A stretch of DNA of 64,000 nt from an uncultured Chloroflexia bacterium. GTDB lineage: Bacteria; Chloroflexota; Limnocylindria; Limnocylindrales; CSP1-4. Each line of letters starts with the position of its first letter. The first letter of the stretch is position 1. This document shows positions 18,128 through 28,243 of the stretch, piece after piece. Both the position numbers and the translations under genes were made by a program. The notes below the pieces were generated by a model. The model searched no databases. It was not told the origin of the DNA and worked only from the letters and a program-made list of their open reading frames with translations. The stretch lies in NCBI GenBank assembly GCA_963801745.1, contig CAWDFY010000002.1:108885-172884 (forward strand), read 5' to 3'.

Positions 18128-20871
18128 CCCACGCGCTCCACGTGCGCCGCCGGCGGGACCGGATCGGTCGTCTCGAGAGCGTACGCCACCAGCTCGTCGT
18201 ACGGCATGGCCGCCCCCTGCGCCGCGAGCACCGCCAGCTGGTCCTCGGGCAGCGCGTCCTTCGGCGTGGAGACGTCGAAGAGCTGCTTCATCTGGTCGAC
18301 GTAGTCGGCCAGGGCCGTCCCGGTCGTCTGCTGGAGGCTGCGCGCCGCGCCCCACAGCCGACCCGCCCGTTCCACGTCACCTTCGCCAAGCGCGCTCAGG
18401 GCGATGTCGTCGAGTGACAGCGTCACCCCCGAGACGTCGCCCGACTCGTAGAAGTGCTGGAGCGCATGGCGGCCGATCTCCTTGGCCTCGGCCCACTCGT
18501 GCCTGCCGACCATCGACAGCGAGAGCATGTGGAGCGACCACGCCTCCATCGTCCGATGGCCGGCTGCCCGGTGCAGCTCGAGCGAACGTCGATACCAGCG
18601 CTCGGCCTCCTCGGCGTCCGAGCTGAAGTACGCAAGGCTCCCGAGACCCCACAGGATGTTGCCCTCGCCGCCGGTGTCGCCCAGCTCGCGATAGATGTCG
18701 AGCGCCTCGTTCAGCCGCGACCCGCTCCGCGCTGCGGCCTCCTCGGTCATGTCGCCGCCCATGATCTCGATCATGTCGGCGTATGCCCGGTTGAACAGTG
18801 CGTTGGCGATCTCGCGCCGGTCGCCGATCTCCTGCCACAGCCGGAGCTGTTCGTCGTACAGCCGGGCGGCCGTGTCCTGGTCCGACTGCCAGTAGGCGAT
18901 GCCACCGAACGCCTCCGCGAACCGTGCCTGGTCGACGGGGTCGAGCTCCCAGCCCTGTGCCGCGAGCTGCTCGAACCTGGCCCGCGCCTCGTTGAGGTAG
19001 CCGCGCTGCTGCCAGAACCGCCAGATCGCGAACGACAGCCGTGCGCCGAGCTGCGGGTCGGGCTTCGCGATCGCCCAGTCGAGCGCCGCGCGCACGTTGT
19101 CGTGGTCGCGTTCGAGCCGCTCGAGCCAGACCCGCTGGTCAGAGCCCGACAGCTCGGGGGCTGCCCGCTCCGCCAGGTCGAGCAGCGCCGCGGCGTGGCG
19201 GTCCGCGACGGCACCTGCCTCGTCGCGCGCCGCCAGCATCTCCGCGGCGAACTCGCGGATGGTCTCGAGCATGGCGAACCGCGGCTCGGGGCCGTCGTCG
19301 GGCCGGACCAGGCTCTGGTCCACCAGCTCGCCGATGCGGTCGACGACGTCGCCGCCGATCTCGTCGGCCGGGCCGCACACCCGTTCCGCGATCTCGAGGT
19401 CGAACCCGCCGCGGAACACCGACAGCCGGTCGGCGAGGCGGCGCGCCCCGTCGTCGAGCAGGTCGTAGCTCCAGGCGATCGCGCCGCGCAGGGTCTGCTG
19501 GCGCTCGGGCAGGTCGCGCGAGCCGGTGGTGAGCAGCGCCAGGTGGTGCTCGAGCCGCGCCAGGATCTGGTCCGGTGTCAGGAGCTTGATCCGGGCCGCG
19601 GCGAGCTCGATCGCGAGCGGCATCCCGTGGAGCCGCGCCGAGATCCCCGCCACCGCCGGTGCGTTGTCGTTGGTGACCGCGAAGCCCGGCCGGACCGACG
19701 ACGCACGGGCGATGAACAGGCGCACGGCCTCGAACTGGGTGAGCGCCATCGCGTCGAGGTCGCGCAGGCCGCGTGGCAGGTTCAGCCGCTCCATCTCGGA
19801 CAGGTGGCTGAGGTCGGGTGGGGCGGGCAGGCCCGGGACCGGGTACTCCTGCTCGCCGCTCACCCGCAGCGGGATCCGGGTCGTGACGACGCAGCGCAGG
19901 TTCGGGCAGCGGCGGAGCAGCTCGGCGACGTCCGGGCCGGCGTCCACCACCTGCTCGAAGTTGTCGAGCACGAGCAGCACATGCCCCGCGGCGATGTGAT
20001 CGCTGACCTGGTCGATGGCGGTCCGCGTCTTGCTGTCGGCGATCCCCAGCGTCCGCGCGATCGTCGGCGCGACGATGGCCGCATCGCGCACCGCATCGAG
20101 GGCGATGAACCACACGCCGTCGGGGAAGTCGTCGGCGGCGGCCGCTGCGACCTGGAGCGACAGCCGCGTCTTGCCGGTGCCGCCCGGTCCGGTGAGGGTC
20201 AGGAGCCTGGTCGTCCCCAGCAGCCCGACCGCCTCGTCCAGCTCGTGCTCCCGCCCCACGAACGACGTGAGCTGGGTCGGCAGGTTGTTCGGTCGCGCGT
20301 CGAGCGAGCGCAGCGGCGGGAAGGTGTCCGGCAACCCGTCGATGAGCAGCTGGCTCAGGTGTTCCGGCTCGCGCAGGTCCTTGAGCCGGTGGAAGCCGAC
20401 GTCGCGCAGGCCGACGCCGTCGCGCAGGTCGTCGGCGACCATCGACCGCGTCGCGTCGCTGAGCAGGACCTGGCCGCCGTGGGCGACCGCGGTGATACGT
20501 GCCGTGCGGTTGATGTCGTAGCCGATCACGTCGCCGCCGTCGAGCCGTTCGATGTCGCCGGTGTGCAGGCCCATCCGCACCCGGACCGGGGCATCGTCCG
20601 GCCACGGTTCCGCGGCGATGGCGCGCTGGCCGTCGACTGCCGCCGCTACTGCGTCGGCGGCGCGCCGGAAGATCACGAAGAACGAATCGCCCTCGGTCGA
20701 CTGCTCGTGACCATCGTGGGCGGCGAACGCGGCTCGCAACAGCGCACGGTGTCGCTCGCGCACGTCGCGGTATGGCCCGCTCCCGAGCGCGAGCTCGATG
20801 CGGGTCGAGCCCTCGATGTCGCTGAACAGGCACGTGACGGTGCCGGTCGGCGGTCTGGGGTCCAGGAGCAT
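18124..20871 (-). CDS. Class III adenylate/guanylate cyclase + STAND (NB-ARC-like) ATPase + TPR protein
   Basis: LFSDIEGST, EGDSFF, RVRMGLHTG, INRTARI; NNLPTQLTSFVGR, GPGGTGKT, LLVLDNFEQ, GMPLAIELAAAR; helical repeats at the C-terminus; ATG 20871 with GGGAG upstream. Confidence 0.9.
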   Translation of the reverse strand: MLLDPRPPTGTVTCLFSDIEGSTRIELALGSGPYRDVRERHRALLRAAFAAHDGHEQSTEGDSFFVIFRRAADAVAAAVDGQRAIAAEPWPDDAPVRVRMGLHTGDIERLDGGDVIGYDINRTARITAVAHGGQVLLSDATRSMVADDLRDGVGLRDVGFHRLKDLREPEHLSQLLIDGLPDTFPPLRSLDARPNNLPTQLTSFVGREHELDEAVGLLGTTRLLTLTGPGGTGKTRLSLQVAAAAADDFPDGVWFIALDAVRDAAIVAPTIARTLGIADSKTRTAIDQVSDHIAAGHVLLVLDNFEQVVDAGPDVAELLRRCPNLRCVVTTRIPLRVSGEQEYPVPGLPAPPDLSHLSEMERLNLPRGLRDLDAMALTQFEAVRLFIARASSVRPGFAVTNDNAPAVAGISARLHGMPLAIELAAARIKLLTPDQILARLEHHLALLTTGSRDLPERQQTLRGAIAWSYDLLDDGARRLADRLSVFRGGFDLEIAERVCGPADEIGGDVVDRIGELVDQSLVRPDDGPEPRFAMLETIREFAAEMLAARDEAGAVADRHAAALLDLAERAAPELSGSDQRVWLERLERDHDNVRAALDWAIAKPDPQLGARLSFAIWRFWQQRGYLNEARARFEQLAAQGWELDPVDQARFAEAFGGIAYWQSDQDTAARLYDEQLRLWQEIGDRREIANALFNRAYADMIEIMGGDMTEEAAARSGSRLNEALDIYRELGDTGGEGNILWGLGSLAYFSSDAEEAERWYRRSLELHRAAGHRTMEAWSLHMLSLSMVGRHEWAEAKEIGRHALQHFYESGDVSGVTLSLDDIALSALGEGDVERAGRLWGAARSLQQTTGTALADYVDQMKQLFDVSTPKDALPEDQLAVLAAQGAAMPYDELVAYALETTDPVPPAAHVERVG

Positions 20872-20891
20872 CTCCCTCGGTCGGTCGGGCG

Positions 20892-21320
20892 TCAGTGGCG
20901 TTCGGCTTCGGTCAGGCGTCGCAGCCGGCCTGCCAGCCCGCGCATGATCGCGAGCGCGACCGCGGGTTCGTCGCGCACGACGGCCTCGAAGTCCCAGGTC
21001 GCGAGGGCCAGGCAGATCGTCGGCTCGTCGGCGACCACCTGCGCGGTCCGCGGCTGGCCGTCGAGCACCGACAGCTCCCCGAAGAAGTCGCCGGGCCCGA
21101 TGGTCGCGATCGTGCGGCCGTCGCGCACCACCCGCACGCTGCCGCTGGCGACCATGAAGAAGCCGGTGCCGACCTCGCCCTGGCGGGCGATCACGTGATC
21201 CTTGGGGAACCCGACCTCCACGACCCGCTTGGCGATCGTGGCGATCCCGGCGTCGTCGACGCCGTCGAGCAGCGGCGCACGCGCCAGCAGCTCGGCCCGA
21301 TGGTCGTGGGTGAGCGTCAT
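20892..21320 (-). CDS. Stand-alone cyclic-nucleotide-binding domain protein
   Basis: IARQGEVG...GPGDFFGELSVLDGQPRTAQV, an intact phosphate-binding cassette; GGAGG RBS. Confidence 0.9.
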   Translation of the reverse strand: MTLTHDHRAELLARAPLLDGVDDAGIATIAKRVVEVGFPKDHVIARQGEVGTGFFMVASGSVRVVRDGRTIATIGPGDFFGELSVLDGQPRTAQVVADEPTICLALATWDFEAVVRDEPAVALAIMRGLAGRLRRLTEAERH

Positions 21321-21402
21321 GCCGGCCTCCATGGTGGTCCCGTGATGCTGCGCTGCACGATGGCGGAGCGTCAAGCAACGCTCGCGTGGCACGATGCACG
21401 CG

Positions 21403-21826
21403 ATGATCGACCGCGACCAGCTGCTCGATGACATCGCCGGGTTCGGGCTCTTCGCCGACCTGTCCGCACCCCAGCTCGAGGCGATCATCCACATCTTCGA
21501 CGAGCGGATGTTCGCGGCCGGCGAGACGATCCTCCACCAGGGCCTGTCGGGGTCGGGCTTCTACGTCATCGTCGACGGCGAGGCGGCGGTCCGGATCGAC
21601 GGGGTCGACCGGGCGCAGCTGAGCCGGGGCGACTTCTTCGGGGAGGTGTCGATCCTCCTCGGCGTGCCGTCGATCGCGGACGTCGTCGCGACGCGCCAGA
21701 TGCGCTGCCTGGTGCTGGCCGGCCCCCGGGTGGAGCCGTTCCTCGTCGAGCCAGCCGAAGGTGATGTACCGGATGCTCCAGGCGCAGGCCCGCCGGCTAC
21801 GAGCGGCGAACCGATGGGGAGCCTGA
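21403..21826 (+). CDS. Stand-alone cNMP-binding domain protein (one apparent extra base near 21751)
   Basis: GDFFGEVSILLGVPSIADV; removing one C gives the C-helix QPKVMYRMLQAQARRLRAANRWGA* ending at 21826. Confidence 0.75.
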
Positions 21827-23354
21827 GCGACCCGACCCGACCGTTCCCGCCCGGCGCATACCCGGTCGTCGTCATCGGCTCGGGCCCGGGAGGCCTCCAG
21901 GTCTCGTATGCCCTGCGACGGTATGGGATCGCGCACGCGGTGCTGTCGCAGGATCCGGCGCCGGGCGGCATGTTCCGCCGCTGGCCGCACTTCCAGCGGC
22001 TGCTGTCCTGGACGAAGCCCCATGCGCCGGCGCCGCGCGGCTCGCGCGCGTACGAGCGCTACGACTGGAACAGCCTCCTCGCGGACGAGCCCGAGGCCCG
22101 TGCCCTCCAGCCAGAGCTCATGGATGGGAGCTCGTCGTTCCCGTCGCGGCCCGAGATGGAGGCGAACCTCGGCCGGTACGCCGAACGGGCGCGCATCGAG
22201 GTCCGCTACGGCTGCCGGTGGACGAGCACGCGCCGGGTCGAGGATGCCGAGGGCACGGGGTTCGTCCTGTCGACGACCGACGGCGAGTACCGGGCCGAGA
22301 CGCTGGTGATCGCGGTCGGCGTGGCCGAGCCGTTCACCCCGCCCGCCATCGGGATGGACCTGACCCACCACTACGCCGAGGTCCGGCCGGTCGAGACGTA
22401 CGCCGGGCGGCGGGTCCTGATCCTGGGCAAGCAGAACTCCGGGTTCGAGCTGGCCAGCGGTTTCCTGCCGTGGGCGCGCGCGATCGTCCTCGCCTCGCCG
22501 TCACCGGCGCGCCTGTCGGTGCAGACGCGATCGCTCGCCGGCGTCCGCGCCCGCTACGTCCAGCCGTACGAGGACTTCGTGCTGGGTGGCGGCGTCGCGG
22601 TCCTCGAGGCCGCGCTCGACCGCATCGAGCGGACCGAGGGCGGCGACGGGAGCCTGACCGTCCGGTTGCGGCGGACCGACACCGGAGCGGACATCGCCAT
22701 CGAGGTCGACGACGTCATCTCGGCGACCGGCTTCGTGACGCCGATCCTGGACCTGCCCGAGATCGGCTGCTCGGTCAGCGGCCGCAGCCGCCTGCCGCTC
22801 GTGACGCCCTGGTGGGAGAGCACGACCCTCGCCGGCGTGTACTTCGCGGGGACGATCGGCCAGGCGGCGAAGGGTCTCGAGAAGCACGGCGTGCCGGCCA
22901 ACTCGGGGGCCGTCCACGGTGCGCGGTACAACGCGATGGTCCTCGGCCGGCGGATCGCCACCGAACGCTTCGGCATCGACGTCCCGCGGCCGGCGGTCGC
23001 ACCGGACGTCCTCGTGGCGACGGTCGCGAACGAGCTGGCGGAGGCGCCCGAGCTGTGGCACCAGCGCGCCTACCTGACCCGCGTCTTCACAGTCGACCCG
23101 GCGGCCGGCCCGGTGGACGACGGCGTCCAGCCACTGACCACCTTCCTCGACGCCGGCGGGCCCGAGGCGCTCGCGGTCACGCTCGAGGCCGACGGCAGCG
23201 GCGCCATCTATCCGGTCCTCTACACGCGCATCCGGGGCGAGATCCTGGAGCGCATGCTCGAGGCCGACCCGCTGCTCCGATACGACGGCGACGCGACGCG
23301 GTCGGCGGTCGCGGCGATCGTGCGCGAGGTGGTCCCGGGGCCGTCGCGAGCTGA
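21814..23354 (+). CDS. FAD/NAD(P)H-dependent flavoprotein (FMO/CzcO/YpdA-like)
   Basis: VIGSGPGG, PGGMF, ILGKQNSG, VISATGF, YFAG; the true stop is probably 23354 (one G missing near 23340), just before the convergent gene. Confidence 0.75.
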
Positions 23355-23360
23355 CCCGCC

Positions 23361-24533
23361 TCAGGCGAGGCGTGCCAGTCGCTCCGCCGCCGCCCCGAGC
23401 GTCTCGAGGGTCTTCGGGAAGGCGAACCGCAGCTTCGAGCGACCGAGCTCAGGCCGTGAGAAGAACGACGAACCGGGGACCGCCGCCACGCCCGGGTCGC
23501 GGATCAGCCGGTGGGCGAACGCGACGTCGTCCTCGCCCGCCGCCACCAGGTCGCGGATGTCGGTCATGACGTAGTAGGCGCCCCTGGGCTCGTGGACCCG
23601 GAACCCGGCGGCCCGGAGGGCCGGCACGAGCACGTCGCGTCGCTCCCGGTAGCCCGCCACGAGGTCGGCGTAGTACGCATCGGGGAAGCCGAGCGCGGTC
23701 ACCGCCGCCGCCTGCAGGGGCGCCGCCGCGCCGACCGTCAGGAAGTCGTGCACGCGCCGGATGCCCAGCGAGAGCTCGGGTGACGCGATCGTCCAGCCGA
23801 TCCGCCAGCCGGTCACCGAGTACGTCTTCGACATCGAGTGGATGCTCACGGTACGCTCGGCCATCCCGGGCAGCGTCGCCAGCGGGATGTGCTCGCCCTC
23901 GAACACGAGGTGCTCGTAGATGTCGTCGGTGAAGGCGATGACATCGTGCTCGACGCACAGCGAGGCGACCAGCTCGAGCTCCTCGTGCGTGAAGACCTTG
24001 CCGGTCGGGTTGTGCGGCGAGTTGAGGACGATGCCGCGCGTCCGCGGGCCGAACGCCCGGCGCAGCTCGTCGGGGTCGATCGACCAATCGGGCTCGTGCA
24101 GCGTGACGTAGCGCGGCACGGCGTCGGACAGGATCGCGTCGGGGCCGTAGTTCTCGTAGAAGGGTTCGAAGACGATGACCTCGTCGCCGGGATCGAGGAT
24201 GCCGAGCATCGCCGCGATCATCGCCTCGGTCGCGCCGCACGTGACCGTCACCTGGGTCTCGGGGTCGATCTCGCCGAATCCGGGGAATTGCCGGGGCGTC
24301 GTCGCCGCGATCGCATCGCGCAACGGCTTCGATCCCCACGTGATGGCGTACTGGTTGATGTCGGCGTCGACCGCCTCGGCGACCGCGCGCTTGAGCTCGG
24401 ATGGACAGGCGAAGTCCGGGAACCCCTGCGCGAGGCTGACCGCGCCGTGGGCGACGGCGACGCGGTTCATCTCGCGGATGACCGACTCGGTGAACGACTC
24501 GGCCTTCCGGCTGATGCGGCGACTCGTGATCAC
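23361..24533 (-). CDS. Class I/II PLP aminotransferase (YbdL/DapC-like)
   Basis: LAQGFPDF, TCGATEA, NSPHNPTG, DDIY, SMSKTYSVTGWRIG. Confidence 0.9.
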   Translation of the reverse strand: MITSRRISRKAESFTESVIREMNRVAVAHGAVSLAQGFPDFACPSELKRAVAEAVDADINQYAITWGSKPLRDAIAATTPRQFPGFGEIDPETQVTVTCGATEAMIAAMLGILDPGDEVIVFEPFYENYGPDAILSDAVPRYVTLHEPDWSIDPDELRRAFGPRTRGIVLNSPHNPTGKVFTHEELELVASLCVEHDVIAFTDDIYEHLVFEGEHIPLATLPGMAERTVSIHSMSKTYSVTGWRIGWTIASPELSLGIRRVHDFLTVGAAAPLQAAAVTALGFPDAYYADLVAGYRERRDVLVPALRAAGFRVHEPRGAYYVMTDIRDLVAAGEDDVAFAHRLIRDPGVAAVPGSSFFSRPELGRSKLRFAFPKTLETLGAAAERLARLA

Positions 24534-24537
24534 GGCC

Positions 24538-25524
24538 TCAGTCTAGGGCCGCCAGGGTGCGCTCGAAGAAGCCGGTCAATCGTGCCTCGTACTCGTCGGG
24601 GACGAGGCCCATCGCCCTGGTATGTCCGGCGCCGGGCACGATCCAGGTCGTGACGTCCACCCCGGCGGCCTCGGCCTCGCCGGCGAGCGTTCGTCCGTAG
24701 TCGACGCTGAGGCGCTGGTCGGCGTCGCCGTGGCTGATGTACAGCGACCGGCCCGCCATCTTGCGCACGGCCTCCAGGGGACTGCGGGATCGCAGGTCGT
24801 CGCCGCTGAGGAGCCGTGCCATCGCGATGCCGCCCTCCTCCAGGATGCCGGGGTACCCGTTCCGGGCCAGCTCGGCCTTGATGGCGTCGCCGATGTCCGC
24901 ATAGCTCGAGTCCTCCCAGGTCGCGGCGACGGCCGGCTCCTCGCCGGCGGCGATGAGCACGCTGGCCGCGCCGAGGGAGATCCCGAGCAGGCCGATGCGA
25001 TCGGCGGGCAGCCCCTGCTCGGAGCGCAGCCAGTCCCACGCACCGAGGACGTCGCGGTACTCCTCGGTCCCGCCGGCGTAGCGACCGTCCTCCTCCGTCG
25101 AGTCGCCATGGTCTCGGATGTCGATCAGCAGGACCGAGAAGCCGTGGCGGTGGAGCATGCCGGCCGGAAGCAGGACGTCGGGATCGCGCTTGCAGGCGGT
25201 GTGGCCATGGACGACCACGACGGCAGGCGCCGGCGAGCCGTCGGCGGGCTGGTCGTCGGCCGGGACCCACCAGCCGCTGATGTCGATCCCGGCGTCACGG
25301 CTCGGGATCGTGACCTCCACCGGCGCGGGCATCGCGTATGGGGTGGTGTCCAGCCCCCCATAGGCGAACGCCGTCGGGTCGTTGTCGGCCCACTCCGGGT
25401 GGCACTCCCCACTCACCCGGGTCAGCCGGTCCCACACCATCGCGCTCGCGACGCCGTAGCCGACCACGAGGACCAGGAGGACTGCGACCACGAGGACCGC
25501 GACGAGGCGCCGCACGTGCGGCAC
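24538..25524 (-). CDS. Membrane-anchored alpha/beta hydrolase
   Basis: N-terminal TM segment, VVVHG, GISLG nucleophile elbow, HGDAD, GAGH. Confidence 0.85.
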   Translation of the reverse strand: MPHVRRLVAVLVVAVLLVLVVGYGVASAMVWDRLTRVSGECHPEWADNDPTAFAYGGLDTTPYAMPAPVEVTIPSRDAGIDISGWWVPADDQPADGSPAPAVVVVHGHTACKRDPDVLLPAGMLHRHGFSVLLIDIRDHGDSTEEDGRYAGGTEEYRDVLGAWDWLRSEQGLPADRIGLLGISLGAASVLIAAGEEPAVAATWEDSSYADIGDAIKAELARNGYPGILEEGGIAMARLLSGDDLRSRSPLEAVRKMAGRSLYISHGDADQRLSVDYGRTLAGEAEAAGVDVTTWIVPGAGHTRAMGLVPDEYEARLTGFFERTLAALD

Positions 25525-25539
25525 GCTACACCGCGGCCG

Positions 25540-27630
25540 TCACACGAGCTGGCGCGGGATGTGTTCCTCCCACCGGCGCTCGAAGAACCGGTGGTCGTCC
25601 ACGTCGACCTCGAGTTGGACCGACAAGTCGAAGTCCGAGACCGTGCTGCGCTGGCGTGAGACCGCCCGGATCTCGATCCGCGTCAGCTCGCCGTCCCGGT
25701 CCACCTCGCGCTCCTGCCATCGATACACGACGTCCGCGTCAAGCTCGACGCGCGCCGGGTCCTCGTCCCACGCCGTCATCCGGATCGACTCGGCCGCGTA
25801 CAGCCGACGGCCATCCGGGACGATCTCCTCGCCACCGTCGTGGAACCGGACCGTGGTCGAGCCGTCGAGGACGTCCTCCTCGATCAGCCACTGCGGCGGG
25901 TCGGACGCCGCCGGCCCGGCGCCGTCGGCGGCCTCGGGCGACGGCCAGGACAGGTCGGGCGGGTCGGTCTTGAACGCCGGCACCGGCAGGTCCCCGTCCG
26001 CACCGGCCGGCGGGACGACCTGCAGCACGAGCCGGGACGGGGTGGCAGGCCCGCGGTGGACCCGGAGGGTCGCGGGATGCGGCGAGGGCCACAGCACCGG
26101 CCACAGCGACGACGCGACCGCGACCCGCAGCCGGTGGCCCGCCAGCCATCGGTAGCCGGCGGTCCGCAAGGGGATCTCGACCTGCTCCACGACGCCGGGT
26201 CGGAGCGGTTCCGGATCGGCATGGGACCGCCGGTGGGTCAAGTTCAGCACGCCGGCGCTCACCAGGGCGGACGTGCCGTCGGGCGCGACATCCGACAGTC
26301 GGACCGACAGCATCGCCACCGGCGCGTCGACCTCGAGGTGGACGACCACCTCGGGCACGCCGAGCACCTCGAGCGGCGCGGCGAGCGGTTCCGACGTGTA
26401 CGTCGGGCCGGCCGACTCGTCCGGCCGCAGGTCGCGGGCCAGCCCATTGGGCGCCTCCCCGGCACCCCAAGACAGCGCACCCCGGGTGCCCGTGGTCGGT
26501 CGATGCCGGAACGTGTCCGAACCGGAGGCGCCCACTGCCCCCTCGTCCAGCGAGCCCTCGCCGAAGGCCCATGTCCGGGACGTCGTCGCCGGGTGCGGGA
26601 ACGCCGACGTCGCCCGCCAGCGCCCGGGCAACGACGACGGGAAGGCGATGGGTGGCGCGTACTCGTGCTCGTACCAGACGACGGCCGGCTCGTCCTCCCA
26701 GCCGTTCTCGACGCCGTCGAGGTGACGGGCGAAGAACCGGGCGATCTCGTGCAGGTCGTCGAGGTTCGGTCCGGGCTCCGCGCTGTGCGGCCACGAATGG
26801 ACCCAGGTGCCGACGAGCGTGTGGGACGGCGCGGGGCAGCGGGCCTGCATGCGGAACGCGGGGTCGACGTACGAGTCGTGCCAGCCGCCGATGTTGAAGA
26901 TCGGCACCTCGATGGCGGCGTAGTCGGGCGCCAGCGAGCCCTGCCGCCAGTACGGCCCATCGGTCTGGTGGCGGAGCCAGGCGAATAGCCACGGCGGGGT
27001 CGCCTCGAGGCGCGTGCGCCACTCGTCCCGCCAGCGCCGGCCGCGGAAGGCGGCATCCGGCGGCATCGCGTTCATCGCCACCTGGCTGACCGCGTACTGC
27101 GAGAGCTCGCTGACCGTGACGCACCCGCCGCGGTAGTGGACGTCGTCGAGATAGCGGTCGTCGGTGGCCATCACCGGCACGATCGCGCGGAGGTGCGGCG
27201 GGTGCAGCGCGGCGACCTGGATCGAGGTGAAGCCGCCGTACGAGATGCCCCACATCCCGACCGCTCCGTTGGACCACGGCTGCGCCGCCAGCCACTCGAC
27301 CGCGTCGTAGCCGTCGAGCGTCTCCTCGGCCGTGTACTCGTCGAGCGCGATCCCGTCGGACGAGCCGGTGCCGCGGACGTCCAGCCGGCACAGGGCGAAG
27401 CCGCGGGCCGCGAACCACTCGCCCCGGGTCATGTCGACGGTCCGGCGCCAGTTGTCCTTGCCGTACGGGATCATCTCGAGGATCGCCGGGAACCGCCTCG
27501 CGCCGTCATCACCTGCGACCGGGCGCCAGATGTTGGCCGACAGCTCGGTCCCGTCGCGGACGACGATCCGCGCATCCCAGTCGACCTCGACGTCAAAGCG
27601 AGGCTCGGGCGCCGGACGCGGGTCGGTCAT
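25540..27630 (-). CDS. CocE/NonD family (peptidase S15) hydrolase
   Basis: PYGKD, DVRGTGSSDG, GMWGISYGG, GGWHD, and a C-terminal PepX-type domain. Confidence 0.92.
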   Translation of the reverse strand: MTDPRPAPEPRFDVEVDWDARIVVRDGTELSANIWRPVAGDDGARRFPAILEMIPYGKDNWRRTVDMTRGEWFAARGFALCRLDVRGTGSSDGIALDEYTAEETLDGYDAVEWLAAQPWSNGAVGMWGISYGGFTSIQVAALHPPHLRAIVPVMATDDRYLDDVHYRGGCVTVSELSQYAVSQVAMNAMPPDAAFRGRRWRDEWRTRLEATPPWLFAWLRHQTDGPYWRQGSLAPDYAAIEVPIFNIGGWHDSYVDPAFRMQARCPAPSHTLVGTWVHSWPHSAEPGPNLDDLHEIARFFARHLDGVENGWEDEPAVVWYEHEYAPPIAFPSSLPGRWRATSAFPHPATTSRTWAFGEGSLDEGAVGASGSDTFRHRPTTGTRGALSWGAGEAPNGLARDLRPDESAGPTYTSEPLAAPLEVLGVPEVVVHLEVDAPVAMLSVRLSDVAPDGTSALVSAGVLNLTHRRSHADPEPLRPGVVEQVEIPLRTAGYRWLAGHRLRVAVASSLWPVLWPSPHPATLRVHRGPATPSRLVLQVVPPAGADGDLPVPAFKTDPPDLSWPSPEAADGAGPAASDPPQWLIEEDVLDGSTTVRFHDGGEEIVPDGRRLYAAESIRMTAWDEDPARVELDADVVYRWQEREVDRDGELTRIEIRAVSRQRSTVSDFDLSVQLEVDVDDHRFFERRWEEHIPRQLV

Positions 27631-27688
27631 GCGCACGAGTCTAGGGCCGCCCGACTCCGCCCCACGGGTCCGCTCGCGCCATGCGACG

Positions 27689-28243
27689 ATGCCCGGCATG
27701 GAGGGTCGGTTCGTCCGCCACAGCCGGCGGGTCGCGTACGAGAACCCGTGGATCACGGTCTGGCACGACGAGGTGACCCGACCCGACGGCAGCCCCGGCA
27801 TCTACGGTGTAGTCCACTTCGAGAGCCTCGCCGCCGGCGTCCTGGCCTTCGACGACGACGACCGGATCGTGCTCGTCGGCCAGCATCGGTACACGCTCGA
27901 CCGCGACTCCTGGGAGATCCCCGAGGGCGGCGTGCCCCCGACCGAGACGCCTCTGCAGGGCATCCAGCGCGAGCTGCGCGAGGAGACGGGGCTCGAGGCC
28001 GACGACTGGCACGAGCTGTGTCGACTCGACCTGTCCAACTCGGTGACCGACGAGGTCGCCATCCTGTTCGTCGCACGGGGGCTGCACCAGGGCGAGGCGA
28101 CGCCCGAGCCGACCGAGTCGATCGCGCTGCGCTGGGTCCGGTTCGACGAGGCGGTCGAGATGGTCCACGACGGTCGGATCACCGACGTGATGAGCGTCGC
28201 GGCCATCCTGCGCGTCGCGCTCGACCGGGTCGCGACCCGATGA
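27689..28243 (+). CDS. NUDIX hydrolase (ADP-ribose pyrophosphatase-like)
   Basis: Nudix box EIPEGG...GIQRELREETGL, YENPWI, GQHRY. Confidence 0.88.
   Translation: MPGMEGRFVRHSRRVAYENPWITVWHDEVTRPDGSPGIYGVVHFESLAAGVLAFDDDDRIVLVGQHRYTLDRDSWEIPEGGVPPTETPLQGIQRELREETGLEADDWHELCRLDLSNSVTDEVAILFVARGLHQGEATPEPTESIALRWVRFDEAVEMVHDGRITDVMSVAAILRVALDRVATR

Noticed and set aside
18124-22371. 1415-aa version of the cyclase
   Set aside because: The N-terminal 500 codons overlap two real CNB genes and the flavoprotein gene; the plausible start with an RBS is 20871
21394-23574. 726-aa cNMP-flavoprotein fusion in the ORF track
   Set aside because: The CNB C-helix and its stop lie in another frame after a single extra C near 21751, and the 3' extension overlaps the convergent aminotransferase; two genes plus indels explain it better
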